Part shown: positions 18,151-28,083 of the stretch, one piece after another | Numbering within the stretch: position 1 is the first letter of the stretch | Layout: each line of letters opens with the position of its first letter | The notes under the pieces: generated by a model | What the model was told of the DNA's origin: nothing | What the model saw: the letters and a program-made list of their open reading frames with translations, nothing else | The model's database searches: none | Position numbers and translations under genes: made by a program | DNA from: Caldilineales bacterium | GTDB lineage: Bacteria; Chloroflexota; Anaerolineae; JAAEKA01 | Direction: 5' to 3' | Assembly: GCA_041391245.1 (NCBI GenBank) | Contig: JAWKOJ010000020.1 | Span: 33,345-97,344, forward strand | Length of the DNA: 64,000 nucleotides

Positions 18151-20166
18151 TCATAGCGCGCTGTAGACGGGGCGTACTTCTATCCCGTAGCGCCCCCGGC
18201 TGTCCTGCGCTTCCCGGTTGTCCACGCGGACGATGATCACCAGCGCGCCGGCCAGTTGTTCGCCGGTTTCGTTCAGCAGAAGATTCGCGACCTGTCCGCG
18301 GCTGTCTGCGACCGGTATCCTGTCCGCCGCAGGCACGGTGCTGATGATGTTGCCGCCGGTATCGATCCCCAGCACCTGCACGTCGAACTCGGCTGGGCTG
18401 CCTGCGGCGCCACGCACTTCTATCTCAACGGGCATGCCCCGCACGCCCGGCTCAAACTCGATTTGCACGAAGTCGATGCCGTAGCTGCTGCCGATGCCGC
18501 GCGGCGCCGGCAGGTTCTGCGGATCGAAGCGGACGGCAGCGGGCGGAAAGCTGATGGTTTCCGAAGCCGGGCGGGCGAACTGCTGCCCGGGATCGTAGAG
18601 ACCGGTGCCATCCGGCGATCCGTAGATCGCACGGGCAAAGCTGCGCAGGCTCTCCTCGTATGTCCGAAACGGGCTGTTCGGCGTCCGCGCCAGGCCGCGG
18701 CCGACGATCTCCGGCAGGTACCTGACCAGGTCACTCGACATGTTGATGTCCACGACCTCGCCGCTGTACAGCGTTTGCAGGACGTTGCGCAGCACGGCCA
18801 TGCCAGCCGCCGGATCGTCCAGGCCCCCGGCTGCCTCGAACAGGAACCGCCAGTAGAGCGCGCCTTGGTACGGATTCAACTCAGCATAGCTGGCGTTCAG
18901 CGCCTCGTTTCCGTTCAGGAACGCGTTCGACCAGGAGTAAAACGCCCGGACCGCGCTGCCAGCCCCGTATTCCAGGTCTGGCCGCGCTACCGACTGCACT
19001 GCCACCGCCATACCCTCGGTGATGAACGCCCAGGCGCGGCCCGGCCCGTCCACGTCGCCCTCGCCTGCCAGATGCTGCCGCAGGTCGCGCTGCAGGTTGT
19101 GGAACAACTCGTGGTTGAACGTGCTCACGATGCCGTCGGCCAGGGTGGCGTACTCACTGCTCAACCCGCTGCTGACATTGATCGCGATGCTGGAGCTGGC
19201 GCCGGCCGGAGCGCCGCCGTGGAACCATGTCGAGCCGTCGCCCAGAGCCACGCTCAGCCGCTCGGCGTCTTCGCCGCCCCGCAGGCCCGTCCACGCCGCG
19301 TGCCAGGTGAAGCCCCACTCGTTGGACTGCACGCGGAACGCCTCGACCAGCTCCGGCAGCACCGTTGCGCCTACAAAGTCGTCGACCTCCGCACGCGCCA
19401 GCCGGGTATCAGGCTGGCCGGCCACCCGCTGGAATGGCACCATGTCGGTGTACCAGATGACCAGCGAGTCCGGCGCAGCGCCCGGCGTGTCTTCGGCGGC
19501 TGCCGGCAGTGACGTGAGCCACTGGCTTTCCAACAAGAAGGCGACTTGCGTTTCCATGATGGTCGAGCGGCCACTGCTGCTGGTGACGCTCAGCATCAGA
19601 CTGTAGTAGTCGGTGGGTGTCGCGATTTCGGGTGCAACGCCGCTACTGTCGTCGAACGTGACCGTGAGCGTCACTGCGTCTCCGGTGGTCCAGCTTGACA
19701 GGTCTTCGACCAGCAAAGGGCGGGCGTTTTCGCCGCCGTCGGGATCGGAATGAACAGTGGACAACTCCAGGCTCACCAGCGCGCCGGTCGGATCGACATC
19801 CAGACCGGTCACGACAACCGCCAGCGTCCGCTCGAGGGCGTCGGTCAGTTGTCCGTTGCGGCGCAACACCAGGCGTGGCAGGTTCAGCGGTTGTGACTTG
19901 ACGCCGTCGATCTCCTTGCCGTTCTGGGTCATGAACCAGATCATGTCGCCGTTCGCGGCGGCCAGAGCCAGCGAAGCGTCTCTTTCTGCCGGCGCTGCTT
20001 CAACTGCCGACGGAGCCGCGACCGGCGCCGCAGGCTGGCTGGCAACAGCAGCGCCGCTCCAAATCTGGGTCGTCGCCGCCAGCCCTGCCAGCAAGCCGAA
20101 AATGCGGTTGACACGGCCTGGTTTGCGTGATATTCTTTTGCCACTGAAAGTGTTTGGGATTGCCAT
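18151..20166 (-). CDS. secreted protein with HExxH zinc-metalloprotease-like motif (family unassigned)
   Basis: Signal peptide RIFGLLAGLAATTQIWSGAAVAS; motif FNHELFHNLQ; no further family-level match recognised by eye. Confidence 0.5.
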   Translation of the reverse strand: MAIPNTFSGKRISRKPGRVNRIFGLLAGLAATTQIWSGAAVASQPAAPVAAPSAVEAAPAERDASLALAAANGDMIWFMTQNGKEIDGVKSQPLNLPRLVLRRNGQLTDALERTLAVVVTGLDVDPTGALVSLELSTVHSDPDGGENARPLLVEDLSSWTTGDAVTLTVTFDDSSGVAPEIATPTDYYSLMLSVTSSSGRSTIMETQVAFLLESQWLTSLPAAAEDTPGAAPDSLVIWYTDMVPFQRVAGQPDTRLARAEVDDFVGATVLPELVEAFRVQSNEWGFTWHAAWTGLRGGEDAERLSVALGDGSTWFHGGAPAGASSSIAINVSSGLSSEYATLADGIVSTFNHELFHNLQRDLRQHLAGEGDVDGPGRAWAFITEGMAVAVQSVARPDLEYGAGSAVRAFYSWSNAFLNGNEALNASYAELNPYQGALYWRFLFEAAGGLDDPAAGMAVLRNVLQTLYSGEVVDINMSSDLVRYLPEIVGRGLARTPNSPFRTYEESLRSFARAIYGSPDGTGLYDPGQQFARPASETISFPPAAVRFDPQNLPAPRGIGSSYGIDFVQIEFEPGVRGMPVEIEVRGAAGSPAEFDVQVLGIDTGGNIISTVPAADRIPVADSRGQVANLLLNETGEQLAGALVIIVRVDNREAQDSRGRYGIEVRPVYSAL

Positions 20167-20247
20167 CTCGCTGCTCCTGTTGCCTGCCGGCAAACTGTGT
20201 CTGTCACAGTGCAGTCTAAGGAGCGCGAGTCGGACATATGTTGGCAG

Positions 20248-20270
20248 ACGCGTTGATTAACGCGTTGATT
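20248..20270. promoter_or_regulatory. tandem 11-bp direct repeats (ACGCGTTGATT x2) upstream of the SARP-family regulator
   Basis: ACGCGTTGATTA-ACGCGTTGATT sits ~185 bp upstream of the regulator start in the divergent promoter region. SARP regulators characteristically bind direct heptamer repeats with 11-bp periodicity. Confidence 0.3.
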
Positions 20271-20452
20271 CTTATGGACGCGCACGCTGTGCCGTGTCCG
20301 GATTTGCACCCCAACCCTCCGCTGCAACCGCAGAAGACTGACCTCGTGAACACCTTGATCGTACAGCGAATGGCGGCGTTTCGATATGAATGGTGTCACA
20401 GCTTTGCTATGAACCGCGTCACACTTGTTGGTAGCTTGGCGAGGGAGTTCCT

Positions 20453-23400
20453 ATGAATGGCGTTCGGCTGTTTGTCCTCGGGCCCCCACACCTGGAGCGC
20501 AACAAGGAGACAATTGACCTGCGGCGCCAGTCACTGACGCTGCTGGGGTATCTGGCTGTGTCCGGCGAGCGGCACCACCGCGACCGCCTGGCAGGGCTTT
20601 TCTGGCCCGACGCTGATCCGAAGCGCGCCTATGCCAACCTGCGCCACCTGTTATGGGAGCTGAACAAGGCGCTGGGAGACGGGATTCTGGACGCCGACCG
20701 CGAGACGGTGGCAGTGGCCGCGGAGGCAGGTCTGTGGACCGATCTGCACGCGTTCCGGGACCTGCTGGCTGCGACCCGCGCCCACGGCCACGCCGAGAAC
20801 GCCGTCTGTCCCCGCTGCATCGCGCCGCTGAGCGATGCAGTCGCGCTGGCCCGCGGGCGCCTGCTGGAGGGCGCTGCTGTGGCCGGCAGCGCGGAGTTCG
20901 ACGACTGGTTGTATTTCGCCGCCGATGAACAGCGAGTCGAACTGCAAAGCGCGCTGCGCAGGCTGGTGGCGATCTACGCCCGCAAGCGCGATCTGAGCGG
21001 GGCCATCGAGGCGGGGCGCCGCTGGCTGCAGCTGGACCCGCTGGACGAGGAAGCGCATCGCCAGGCAATGCTGGTGTACGCGCTGGCCGGCCAACGCAAC
21101 GCCGCACTGCGCCAGTACGAGGAGTGCAAGCGCATTCTGGACGAGGAGTTGGGCGTTGCGCCCGACGCGCGCACGCAGGCGCTGATGGAGAACATTCGTC
21201 GGGGCGCGCTCCAGGAGATGGCCGCTGAACGCGATGCGGTCGTCGTTCTAACCGAAACCGCCGAGCAGCCTGGCCGGCAGACCCCGGCGCCTACGCGGGC
21301 AAGACGACGCAATCTACCCGCGCAGGTGTCGCCGTTCGTCGGGCGGGACGCAGAACTGGCCGACCTGACCCGTCTGCTCGAAACACCCGACGTTCGCCTG
21401 GTCACCATCCTGGGCGTAGGCGGTATGGGCAAGACACAACTGGCCGTCGCCCTGGCTGCAGACGCCGAGTGCCACTTCGAGCACGGCGTCTGCTTCGTCG
21501 CGCTGGCGGCCGTGTCCTCGGATGAGGCGATCATGTCGGCCGTCTCAGACGCCTTCGAACTGCCGGCCCAGGAAGGCGTTGACCTGGCGCAAGTGGTAGG
21601 TGACTACCTGGCAGGAAAAGAGATACTGCTGGTGCTCGACAACGCCGAGCATCTGGCGGGAGCAGCTTCAGCGGTCAGCGCGCTGCTGGCCATGGGGGCG
21701 GGCATCAAGATCGTGGTGACGTCGCGCCAGCCGCTGCATCTGCAAAACGAAACAATCTACGCGCTGTCCGGGCTGGGACTGGCGGCCTCGGGCAGCGAAG
21801 AGGGCATCGCTATCTCCGACGCGGCGCGCCTGTTCGTGCAGTGCGCACGGCGTTTTCAGCCCGGTTTCCGGCTCTCAGCCGAGGACGCGCATCAGGTTGC
21901 GCGCATCTGCCAGGCGGTGGACGGGATGCCGCTGGGAATCCTGCTGGCTGCCGGCTGGATTGAGCTGCTCTCGCCGCGCGAGATCGCCGACGAGATCGAG
22001 CGCAGCATCGACCTTCTGGCGACCGAACTGAAGGATATCCCGGACCGGCAGCGCAGCCTGCGCACCGTCCTGTCGCAGACATGGGAGATGCTCAGCCGGC
22101 GGGAGCAGCAGATTCTGATGGCGCTGTCGCTGTGCCGCGGCGGATTCGACCGCGACGCGGCCGGGGAGATCGCCGGCGCGTCGCTGCGCGATCTGTTGGG
22201 TCTGGCCAACAAGTCACTGGTGCAGCGCAAGGCAGTCGGGCGGTTTGACATGCACGAGCTGCTGCGCCAGTTTGCCGGAGAGATGCTGGCGGCGGGCCAG
22301 GCAGCCTCCGAGGCCGCCCGCCGCGCCTACGGCGACTGGTATGGCACACGCGCCGCCCAGTGGGGACAGGCGCTTACCGGCCCGGATCAGCAACGGGCCG
22401 TCCAACTGTTTCGCGCAGACCTGGCCAACATCGAGGCCGCGCTGAAGTGGGCAGCCGACCACGGGCTGTCCGACTGGCTGAAGGAAGCATGTGAAGGCGT
22501 GGGGATCTACTACTTTCAGTATTACGAGCACTTCGAGCGCGCTGATGCACTTTTTCGCTCGGTCTGCGAGCGACTGGATCGTGTCTGGTCAACGCCGTCG
22601 ATGCACGAAAAGGACCTGCTGGCCTACGCTCTGGCCTGGCAAGCCTTCTTTCACGCCCGCTATACGCGCCAAAGCGACCTGGATGACATGTTGCGTCGCT
22701 GCCATGATCTCCTGCCGGCGCCGGACCAGGATACACCTGAGACCACATTTACGCGCGCGTTTGTTTACCTGGCAGAGGCGGACACGCCGTTGGACGTGCG
22801 TACGCGCGAGCCGTACTACTACCAGAGTCTTGTCCTCTTTCGGCAGGTCGGAGCGGATTGGTGGTCTGCAATGGTGCTGTTCGAGCTGGCAATCAACAAC
22901 TGGGCGATCGACGCGCCCACATCGGAGCGCGCGTTCCGAGAGTGTTTGGCGATCACAGAGCGATTGGGTGACCAGAGCGGGATGGCCGATTGCACGCTGG
23001 CGCTGGCGCGGCTGGCGGCGTTTCGTGACGGTGATATCGACCGTGCAACAGGACTATTTGCCCGTTCTGCCGTTATCAACCGCCAGCTCGGTGACCATGT
23101 CAGCCTGAGCAAGGCGCTGCAAGCTGACGAGGAGTTGGCCTTGATTCAAGGGCGTTTTCCGGATCTGGTTGAACTGCGCGAACGGCGGCTGGCCATGGCT
23201 GAGGATTTGGGATCGACCTATGGCATCGGTCTGTGCCAGATGCTGCTGAGTGAGGCATATCACATGGTTGGCAGATACCAGGACGCGCTGGCAATGGGGG
23301 AGCGTGCTGCGGCGACACAGGAGAAGCGCATCGAACATCATGGGCGGGGATGGCTGAGCTGGATCGTGGGGCTAGCGCTGCTGGCAGTGGAGCGACCGAG

Positions 23401-24400
23401 CGAAGCGTTGCACAAGTTTGAAAACAGCCTCGAAAGCTTTCGCGCCATTTCCGCTGAGTCATGGTATGCAAGCTCGTATCTTGGTCTTGCGCGCGCTTCA
23501 CTGGAGTTGGGAAACGCCGCGACCGCTCGTAGCTATCACTGCCAGACATTGGATTGGCTGCTGCGCCATCCCAACCCGTACTGGTTGGCCTACTGCTTCG
23601 GCAACGAGGCGCTGCGGCGGCTGGAGGCCGGCGATCCTGCGGGCGCGGTTGAGATCTACGCCCGGGCCGAGGCGTTCCCCTTTGTTGCCAACTCGATTTG
23701 GTTCACGGATGTCTACGGCGCGCGCGTCGGGGAGGCCGCCCGCAGCCTGCCCGATGCTGACGCCGATGCAGCGCGGTCACGGGGCGCGGCGCTGGACCTC
23801 TGGGAGACTGCGCCATCGCCGCCGCCTGCGAGGCTGCGGGCTAAGGTGGAACCCGGCCTCGACCCCTGGGAGGCGATGTGGGCGCCGTACGACGAGGCGA
23901 CCTACGCTTTTGTGCTCAGCCACATTCGCCCGGACGACGTGGTGCTGGACATCGGCGCCGGCGACCTGCGCCTGGCACGGCGCATGGCCGCGGTCGCCAG
24001 GCAGGTAATCGCGTGGGAGTCGCAGGCCGAGCTTTTTACGGGGAGCAACGTGCCGGGCAACTTGACTGTCAAATGCGCCGATGCGCGCGTTGAGCCGGCG
24101 CCGGAGGGCGTGACCGCGGCCGTGCTGCTGATGCGCCACTGCACGCACTACGCGTTGTATGTGAAGAAGCTGCGCGCCGCCGGCTGCCGCCAGCTGATCA
24201 CCAACGCGCGCTGGGGCATGGGGGTCGAGGTGGTCGATCTGGTGCCCGGCGCGCCGTTCTCCGCACTGGCGGTGGGCTGGTACGCCTGCCGGCGCTGCGG
24301 GGCCGTGGGCTTCGCCGGGGATGATCCGTCGGCCGTCACGCCGGAGAGATTCGACCAGACCGCGGACGTGGAAGGCTGCCCGCGCTGTCCGGTTGGTTGA
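20453..24400 (+). CDS. SARP (AfsR/DnrI)-family regulator: OmpR-type wHTH + BTAD + NB-ARC P-loop ATPase + TPR-like repeats + C-terminal class-I methyltransferase-like domain with Cys-rich zinc-ribbon
   Basis: N-terminus LFVLGPPHLERNKETIDLRRQSLTLLGYLAV...LWELNKALG (wHTH/BTAD). P-loop ILGVGGMGKTQLAVALA, LLVLDNAEHL (NB-ARC). C-terminus VVLDIGAGDLRLARRMA (SAM-MTase motif I-like) and CRRCGAVGF...CPRCPVG. Confidence 0.8.
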   Translation: MNGVRLFVLGPPHLERNKETIDLRRQSLTLLGYLAVSGERHHRDRLAGLFWPDADPKRAYANLRHLLWELNKALGDGILDADRETVAVAAEAGLWTDLHAFRDLLAATRAHGHAENAVCPRCIAPLSDAVALARGRLLEGAAVAGSAEFDDWLYFAADEQRVELQSALRRLVAIYARKRDLSGAIEAGRRWLQLDPLDEEAHRQAMLVYALAGQRNAALRQYEECKRILDEELGVAPDARTQALMENIRRGALQEMAAERDAVVVLTETAEQPGRQTPAPTRARRRNLPAQVSPFVGRDAELADLTRLLETPDVRLVTILGVGGMGKTQLAVALAADAECHFEHGVCFVALAAVSSDEAIMSAVSDAFELPAQEGVDLAQVVGDYLAGKEILLVLDNAEHLAGAASAVSALLAMGAGIKIVVTSRQPLHLQNETIYALSGLGLAASGSEEGIAISDAARLFVQCARRFQPGFRLSAEDAHQVARICQAVDGMPLGILLAAGWIELLSPREIADEIERSIDLLATELKDIPDRQRSLRTVLSQTWEMLSRREQQILMALSLCRGGFDRDAAGEIAGASLRDLLGLANKSLVQRKAVGRFDMHELLRQFAGEMLAAGQAASEAARRAYGDWYGTRAAQWGQALTGPDQQRAVQLFRADLANIEAALKWAADHGLSDWLKEACEGVGIYYFQYYEHFERADALFRSVCERLDRVWSTPSMHEKDLLAYALAWQAFFHARYTRQSDLDDMLRRCHDLLPAPDQDTPETTFTRAFVYLAEADTPLDVRTREPYYYQSLVLFRQVGADWWSAMVLFELAINNWAIDAPTSERAFRECLAITERLGDQSGMADCTLALARLAAFRDGDIDRATGLFARSAVINRQLGDHVSLSKALQADEELALIQGRFPDLVELRERRLAMAEDLGSTYGIGLCQMLLSEAYHMVGRYQDALAMGERAAATQEKRIEHHGRGWLSWIVGLALLAVERPSEALHKFENSLESFRAISAESWYASSYLGLARASLELGNAATARSYHCQTLDWLLRHPNPYWLAYCFGNEALRRLEAGDPAGAVEIYARAEAFPFVANSIWFTDVYGARVGEAARSLPDADADAARSRGAALDLWETAPSPPPARLRAKVEPGLDPWEAMWAPYDEATYAFVLSHIRPDDVVLDIGAGDLRLARRMAAVARQVIAWESQAELFTGSNVPGNLTVKCADARVEPAPEGVTAAVLLMRHCTHYALYVKKLRAAGCRQLITNARWGMGVEVVDLVPGAPFSALAVGWYACRRCGAVGFAGDDPSAVTPERFDQTADVEGCPRCPVG

Positions 24401-24402
24401 TC

Positions 24403-24440
24403 CTCGCAACCGAACAGTTGCAACAGTTGCGAGTTGTTTT
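24403..24440 (+). terminator. palindromic hairpin plus T-tract between regulator and XPB gene
   Basis: CTCGCAAC-cgaacagttgcaacag-GTTGCGAG followed by TTGTTTT; also contains the tandem AACAGTTGC x2. Confidence 0.35.
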
Positions 24441-24485
24441 CAGGTTCTCGTCACATGGGGTAAACTATCTTTTCGGAGACCGTTC

Positions 24486-26288
24486 ATGCCCGTCAACCCA
24501 CTCAATCCCATGGTCGTGCAGAGCGACCACACCGTGTTGCTGGAGGTGGACAACCCTCAGTACGCCGAGGCGCGCGACGCGTTGGCGCGCTTTGCCGAAC
24601 TGGAGAAGAGCCCGGAGCACATCCACACCTACCGGCTTTCACCGCTGTCCTTGTGGAACGCCGCAGCCAGCGGACTTAACGCCGAGGGCATCGTCGAGAG
24701 CCTGGTGCGCTTTAGCAGATATGATGTGCCGGGCAACATCCAGGCCGATGTGCGCGATTACGTCAGCCGCTTTGGCCGGCTCAAGCTGCGCAGCGGCGCG
24801 AGCGGCGAGCTGTTGCTGACTGCCGATGATCCCCTGTTGTTGCTGGAGGTCAGCCGCAACCGCAAGGTGCGCCCGTTTATCCGCGAGGAGATCGATCGGC
24901 TGACGCTGCGGGTCGATCCCGCCTTACGCGGCCACATCAAGAAGGCGCTGGTGGACATCGGCTTCCCGGCCGAGGACCTGGCAGGCTACGTGGAGGGCGC
25001 CGGCCTGGCGCTGCACTTGCTACCGGCTATGCGGATTAGCGGCGAGCCCTTTGCGCTGCGCCACTACCAGCAGGATGCAGTCGAGGTGTTCCATGCCAGC
25101 GGATCGGCGCGCGGCGGTTCTGGCGTGGTGGTGTTGCCCTGTGGCGCCGGCAAGACATTGGTCGGCATGGGTGTGATGGAGAAGCTACAAACAAACACGC
25201 TGGTGTTGACTACCAACACCGTGGCCGTGCGCCAGTGGATCAGCGAACTACTCGACAAGACCAGCCTCGACCCGGGCGAGATCGGCGAGTACACCGGCGA
25301 TCTGAAGGAGATCAGGCCGGTTACGGTCACCACCTACCAGATCCTGACCTATCGCGAGCGGCGCAAGCGCGGCGCTGCCGACGCCGACGGTCAAAGCTGG
25401 TTCGACAACGATTCCGACGGCGACGACGAGTTGAGCCAGCCGCTGACGCCGGCCAACTTCCCCCACTTTGGCCTGTTTCGTGAGCGCGACTGGGGGTTGG
25501 TGATCTACGACGAGGTGCATTTGCTGCCGGCGCCCGTGTTCCGCATGACGGCCGAGCTGCAAGCGCGCCGCAGGCTGGGACTGACTGCTACTCTGGTGCG
25601 CGAGGACGGCAAGGAGGACCACGTCTTTGCCCTGATCGGCCCCAAGAAACACGACGTGCCCTGGAAGGACCTGGAGCGCCAGGGATGGATTGCCACCGCA
25701 CACTGTCACGAGATTCGCCTGGACATGGACCGGGAACAGCGGCTGGCTTACGCCATGGCCGGCAACCGGGAGCAGGCCGTGTTGGCCGCCACCGACCCTG
25801 CCAAGCTGCCCGTGGTCGAGCAGATCATCGCCAGGCACCCGGACGATCAGGTGCTGGTCATCGGCACCTACCTGGCGCAGCTTGAGGCGATGGCAGACCA
25901 GCTCAACGCGCCGCTGCTGACCGGCAAGACGCCGACGCGCGAGCGCCAGAAGCTCTACGGGCAGATGCGCGAAGGGTCGTTGCGCCGGCTGGTGGTCTCC
26001 AAGGTAGCCAACTTCGCCGTTGACCTGCCGGACGTCAGCGTGGCCATCGAGGTCAGCGGCACATTTGGCTCGCGGCAGGAGGAGGCGCAGCGTCTGGGCC
26101 GCATTCTGCGCCCCAAACGCGACGGGCGCCCGGCCCACTTCTATGCAATCGTCATGCGCGACACCAAGGACCAGACCTTCGCCGCCAAGCGCCAGATGTT
26201 TCTCACCGAACAGGGCTACAAGTACGAGATACTCTACCGCGACGACTTGCCCTCCTACGACCCGGAGCGGGACCATGCCATCTGGTGA
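24486..26288 (+). CDS. XPB/Ssl2 (ERCC3/RAD25)-family superfamily-2 DNA helicase
   Basis: N-terminal damage-recognition-like domain; helicase motifs LPCGAGKT (Walker A), IYDEVHLLPA (DEVH box), GLTATLVRED, later motifs consistent with XPB. Confidence 0.85.
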   Translation: MPVNPLNPMVVQSDHTVLLEVDNPQYAEARDALARFAELEKSPEHIHTYRLSPLSLWNAAASGLNAEGIVESLVRFSRYDVPGNIQADVRDYVSRFGRLKLRSGASGELLLTADDPLLLLEVSRNRKVRPFIREEIDRLTLRVDPALRGHIKKALVDIGFPAEDLAGYVEGAGLALHLLPAMRISGEPFALRHYQQDAVEVFHASGSARGGSGVVVLPCGAGKTLVGMGVMEKLQTNTLVLTTNTVAVRQWISELLDKTSLDPGEIGEYTGDLKEIRPVTVTTYQILTYRERRKRGAADADGQSWFDNDSDGDDELSQPLTPANFPHFGLFRERDWGLVIYDEVHLLPAPVFRMTAELQARRRLGLTATLVREDGKEDHVFALIGPKKHDVPWKDLERQGWIATAHCHEIRLDMDREQRLAYAMAGNREQAVLAATDPAKLPVVEQIIARHPDDQVLVIGTYLAQLEAMADQLNAPLLTGKTPTRERQKLYGQMREGSLRRLVVSKVANFAVDLPDVSVAIEVSGTFGSRQEEAQRLGRILRPKRDGRPAHFYAIVMRDTKDQTFAAKRQMFLTEQGYKYEILYRDDLPSYDPERDHAIW

Positions 26289-28083
26289 AGCCACTGCGCC
26301 GGTCGTTGATCGCGGCCACGGCCTCATGCTGGCTGAGCTGCGCCGCATGCTGGAGAGGACCACCGTTCAGGTGATGCGTCAGGCCGCGCGCCAGTGGGGC
26401 TGGACGCTCAGGGGCACGGCCAAAAACGACCTGGTCGAGCAGATGGTCAGCTATCTTGGCGACCCGTCGGTGATGGCCGAGGCTGTTCGCACGTTGACCG
26501 AAGAGGAAATCAACGTGCTGGGTTGGCTTGTGGCAACGGGACTGCAAGGCCTCTCGAAAAAGCAGTTCCAGGCTGCAATTTTCGAGGGCAGCGGGCTGCG
26601 CATCTCGCAGAAGGCCATCGAGGCGCATCTGGTGAGCCTGTCCGAACGCTGCCTGCTTTTTTACAGCGAGGAAGAAGGATATGAACTTCCGACGCTCTAT
26701 CACCAGTGGTTGCCGCGCCTGGCCGCGCCCAAACTGCAGTTTGCGCCGGTCGAGCGGCTCCAGATACCTTCGCCGCTCACCATCGCCGGCATCACCCAGC
26801 ACGCCCAACATCTCCTGAGCATGCTGGCGTCCGAACAGCCGCCCGCCACAGTGGCGAAGAAGCATACACCGCGCTACGGATCCGGCAAGGTTGAGCCCAT
26901 TGACCCGCGTCGGCCCAGCCTGGTCGCCGAGGAGACCCTGACCCGCTGGGGCTACGAAGCGCCGGCAGATCAGCACCTGGCGCGTTTCCTGCTGGAGCAG
27001 TTGGCCAACGCCCGCGTGTGCCGCGTGAAGACCGAGCGAGACGCCACGCTCATGGAGGTGGACGACGCAAGAAACCGGGCCTGGGAGATCGCCACGGCCG
27101 CCGAGCGCCTGGAGCGGCTGCGTCGCGCCTATGTCAAGCTGTCCGGCGAGGGCGAAGCACGATTGAATTCCTGGAGCGAGTGGGACATGGTGTTCAGCCA
27201 GGATCGGGATGAGACACTGCAGTCGAAAGGTCCATGGGTCACTGCCGATATGGTGCTGCGGCAGATCCAGGTGTTGGGTGTCTGGTTCAGCACCCTGATT
27301 GCCGGCCTGCAAACCGATACCTGGTATGGCATCGAGCAGTTTTGCAAGCTGGTGTATCGGACGAAGAGCGACTTGATGACCGCGGCATCGGTGATCTCGC
27401 AGTTCTTTTGGGCTGTGGACGGCAAGGTACAGTATGCAGATCAACTGCCCTTCGACCGCTGGATGACAACCTACGGTCGTCTGGTGCAGGCCTGGCTGAC
27501 CGGCCCGGCCAGGTGGCTGCTGTTCGTGCAAATTGCGACCATCGGCGATCAGCCGGTTGCCTTTCGCCGCCCGGCGGCGCTGCCGGCCGGGGTCGCGTCG
27601 CCCGCGCCGCCCGGCTCGCTGCGGTTCATGGACAGCGGCAACATTGCCCTGATCAACGACTGGCGCGTCAGCGACCTGCGCCGCCTGCTGCAACTGATCA
27701 GCGTCGAGGTGGCACGCAATGATAAGACAACGCTGTTGCGGCTGGACACCGGCGCATTTCGCAACACGCTCGGATCAGGCATGAATGCGCAAGATGTCGG
27801 CAAGGCCTTTGCCGCGGCTGGGTTTCCCCTGCCGGTGGATGTACAGGCGACGCTGCAAACCTGGCAGGGCCGCGTCGGCCGCTATCAGCTTTACGATCAG
27901 GTGGCCGTGGTGGAGTTTGGCGAGGACGTCCTGCCGGAGGAGATGCGCGTCATCGGCCGGCTGACCAGCGCCGAGTACTACCAGACCGGGCCGCGCTGTC
28001 TGATTTTCCCCGATCCAGAGGCCGCTCCCGCGTTGGTTGAGGAGATGCGCCGCCGGGGCTACACGCCGCAGGTGATGCCGTGA
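26275..28083 (+). CDS. uncharacterised protein, translationally coupled to XPB helicase (partner 1, 602 aa)
   Basis: ATG at 26275 overlaps the XPB stop by 14 nt. Long ORF with no internal stops in a high-GC context, and the antisense ORFs are shorter. No recognisable catalytic motif. Confidence 0.7.
   Translation: MPSGEATAPVVDRGHGLMLAELRRMLERTTVQVMRQAARQWGWTLRGTAKNDLVEQMVSYLGDPSVMAEAVRTLTEEEINVLGWLVATGLQGLSKKQFQAAIFEGSGLRISQKAIEAHLVSLSERCLLFYSEEEGYELPTLYHQWLPRLAAPKLQFAPVERLQIPSPLTIAGITQHAQHLLSMLASEQPPATVAKKHTPRYGSGKVEPIDPRRPSLVAEETLTRWGYEAPADQHLARFLLEQLANARVCRVKTERDATLMEVDDARNRAWEIATAAERLERLRRAYVKLSGEGEARLNSWSEWDMVFSQDRDETLQSKGPWVTADMVLRQIQVLGVWFSTLIAGLQTDTWYGIEQFCKLVYRTKSDLMTAASVISQFFWAVDGKVQYADQLPFDRWMTTYGRLVQAWLTGPARWLLFVQIATIGDQPVAFRRPAALPAGVASPAPPGSLRFMDSGNIALINDWRVSDLRRLLQLISVEVARNDKTTLLRLDTGAFRNTLGSGMNAQDVGKAFAAAGFPLPVDVQATLQTWQGRVGRYQLYDQVAVVEFGEDVLPEEMRVIGRLTSAEYYQTGPRCLIFPDPEAAPALVEEMRRRGYTPQVMP

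Noticed and set aside
17966-18166. Small ORF with P-loop VVLIGPSEAGKTTLARL that continues in another frame (…AAHFVRHPSNYLLAKHIVYTEGKTPRQTADEIMERLDGL)
   Set aside because: Only ~65 aa of kinase-like sequence in total; looks like an internally deleted remnant of a small P-loop kinase, too fragmentary to call as a gene.
25248-27693. Long - strand ORFs (371 and 496 aa) antisense to XPB and partner 1
   Set aside because: Shadow ORFs with biased composition; sense-strand genes have helicase motifs and coupled starts.
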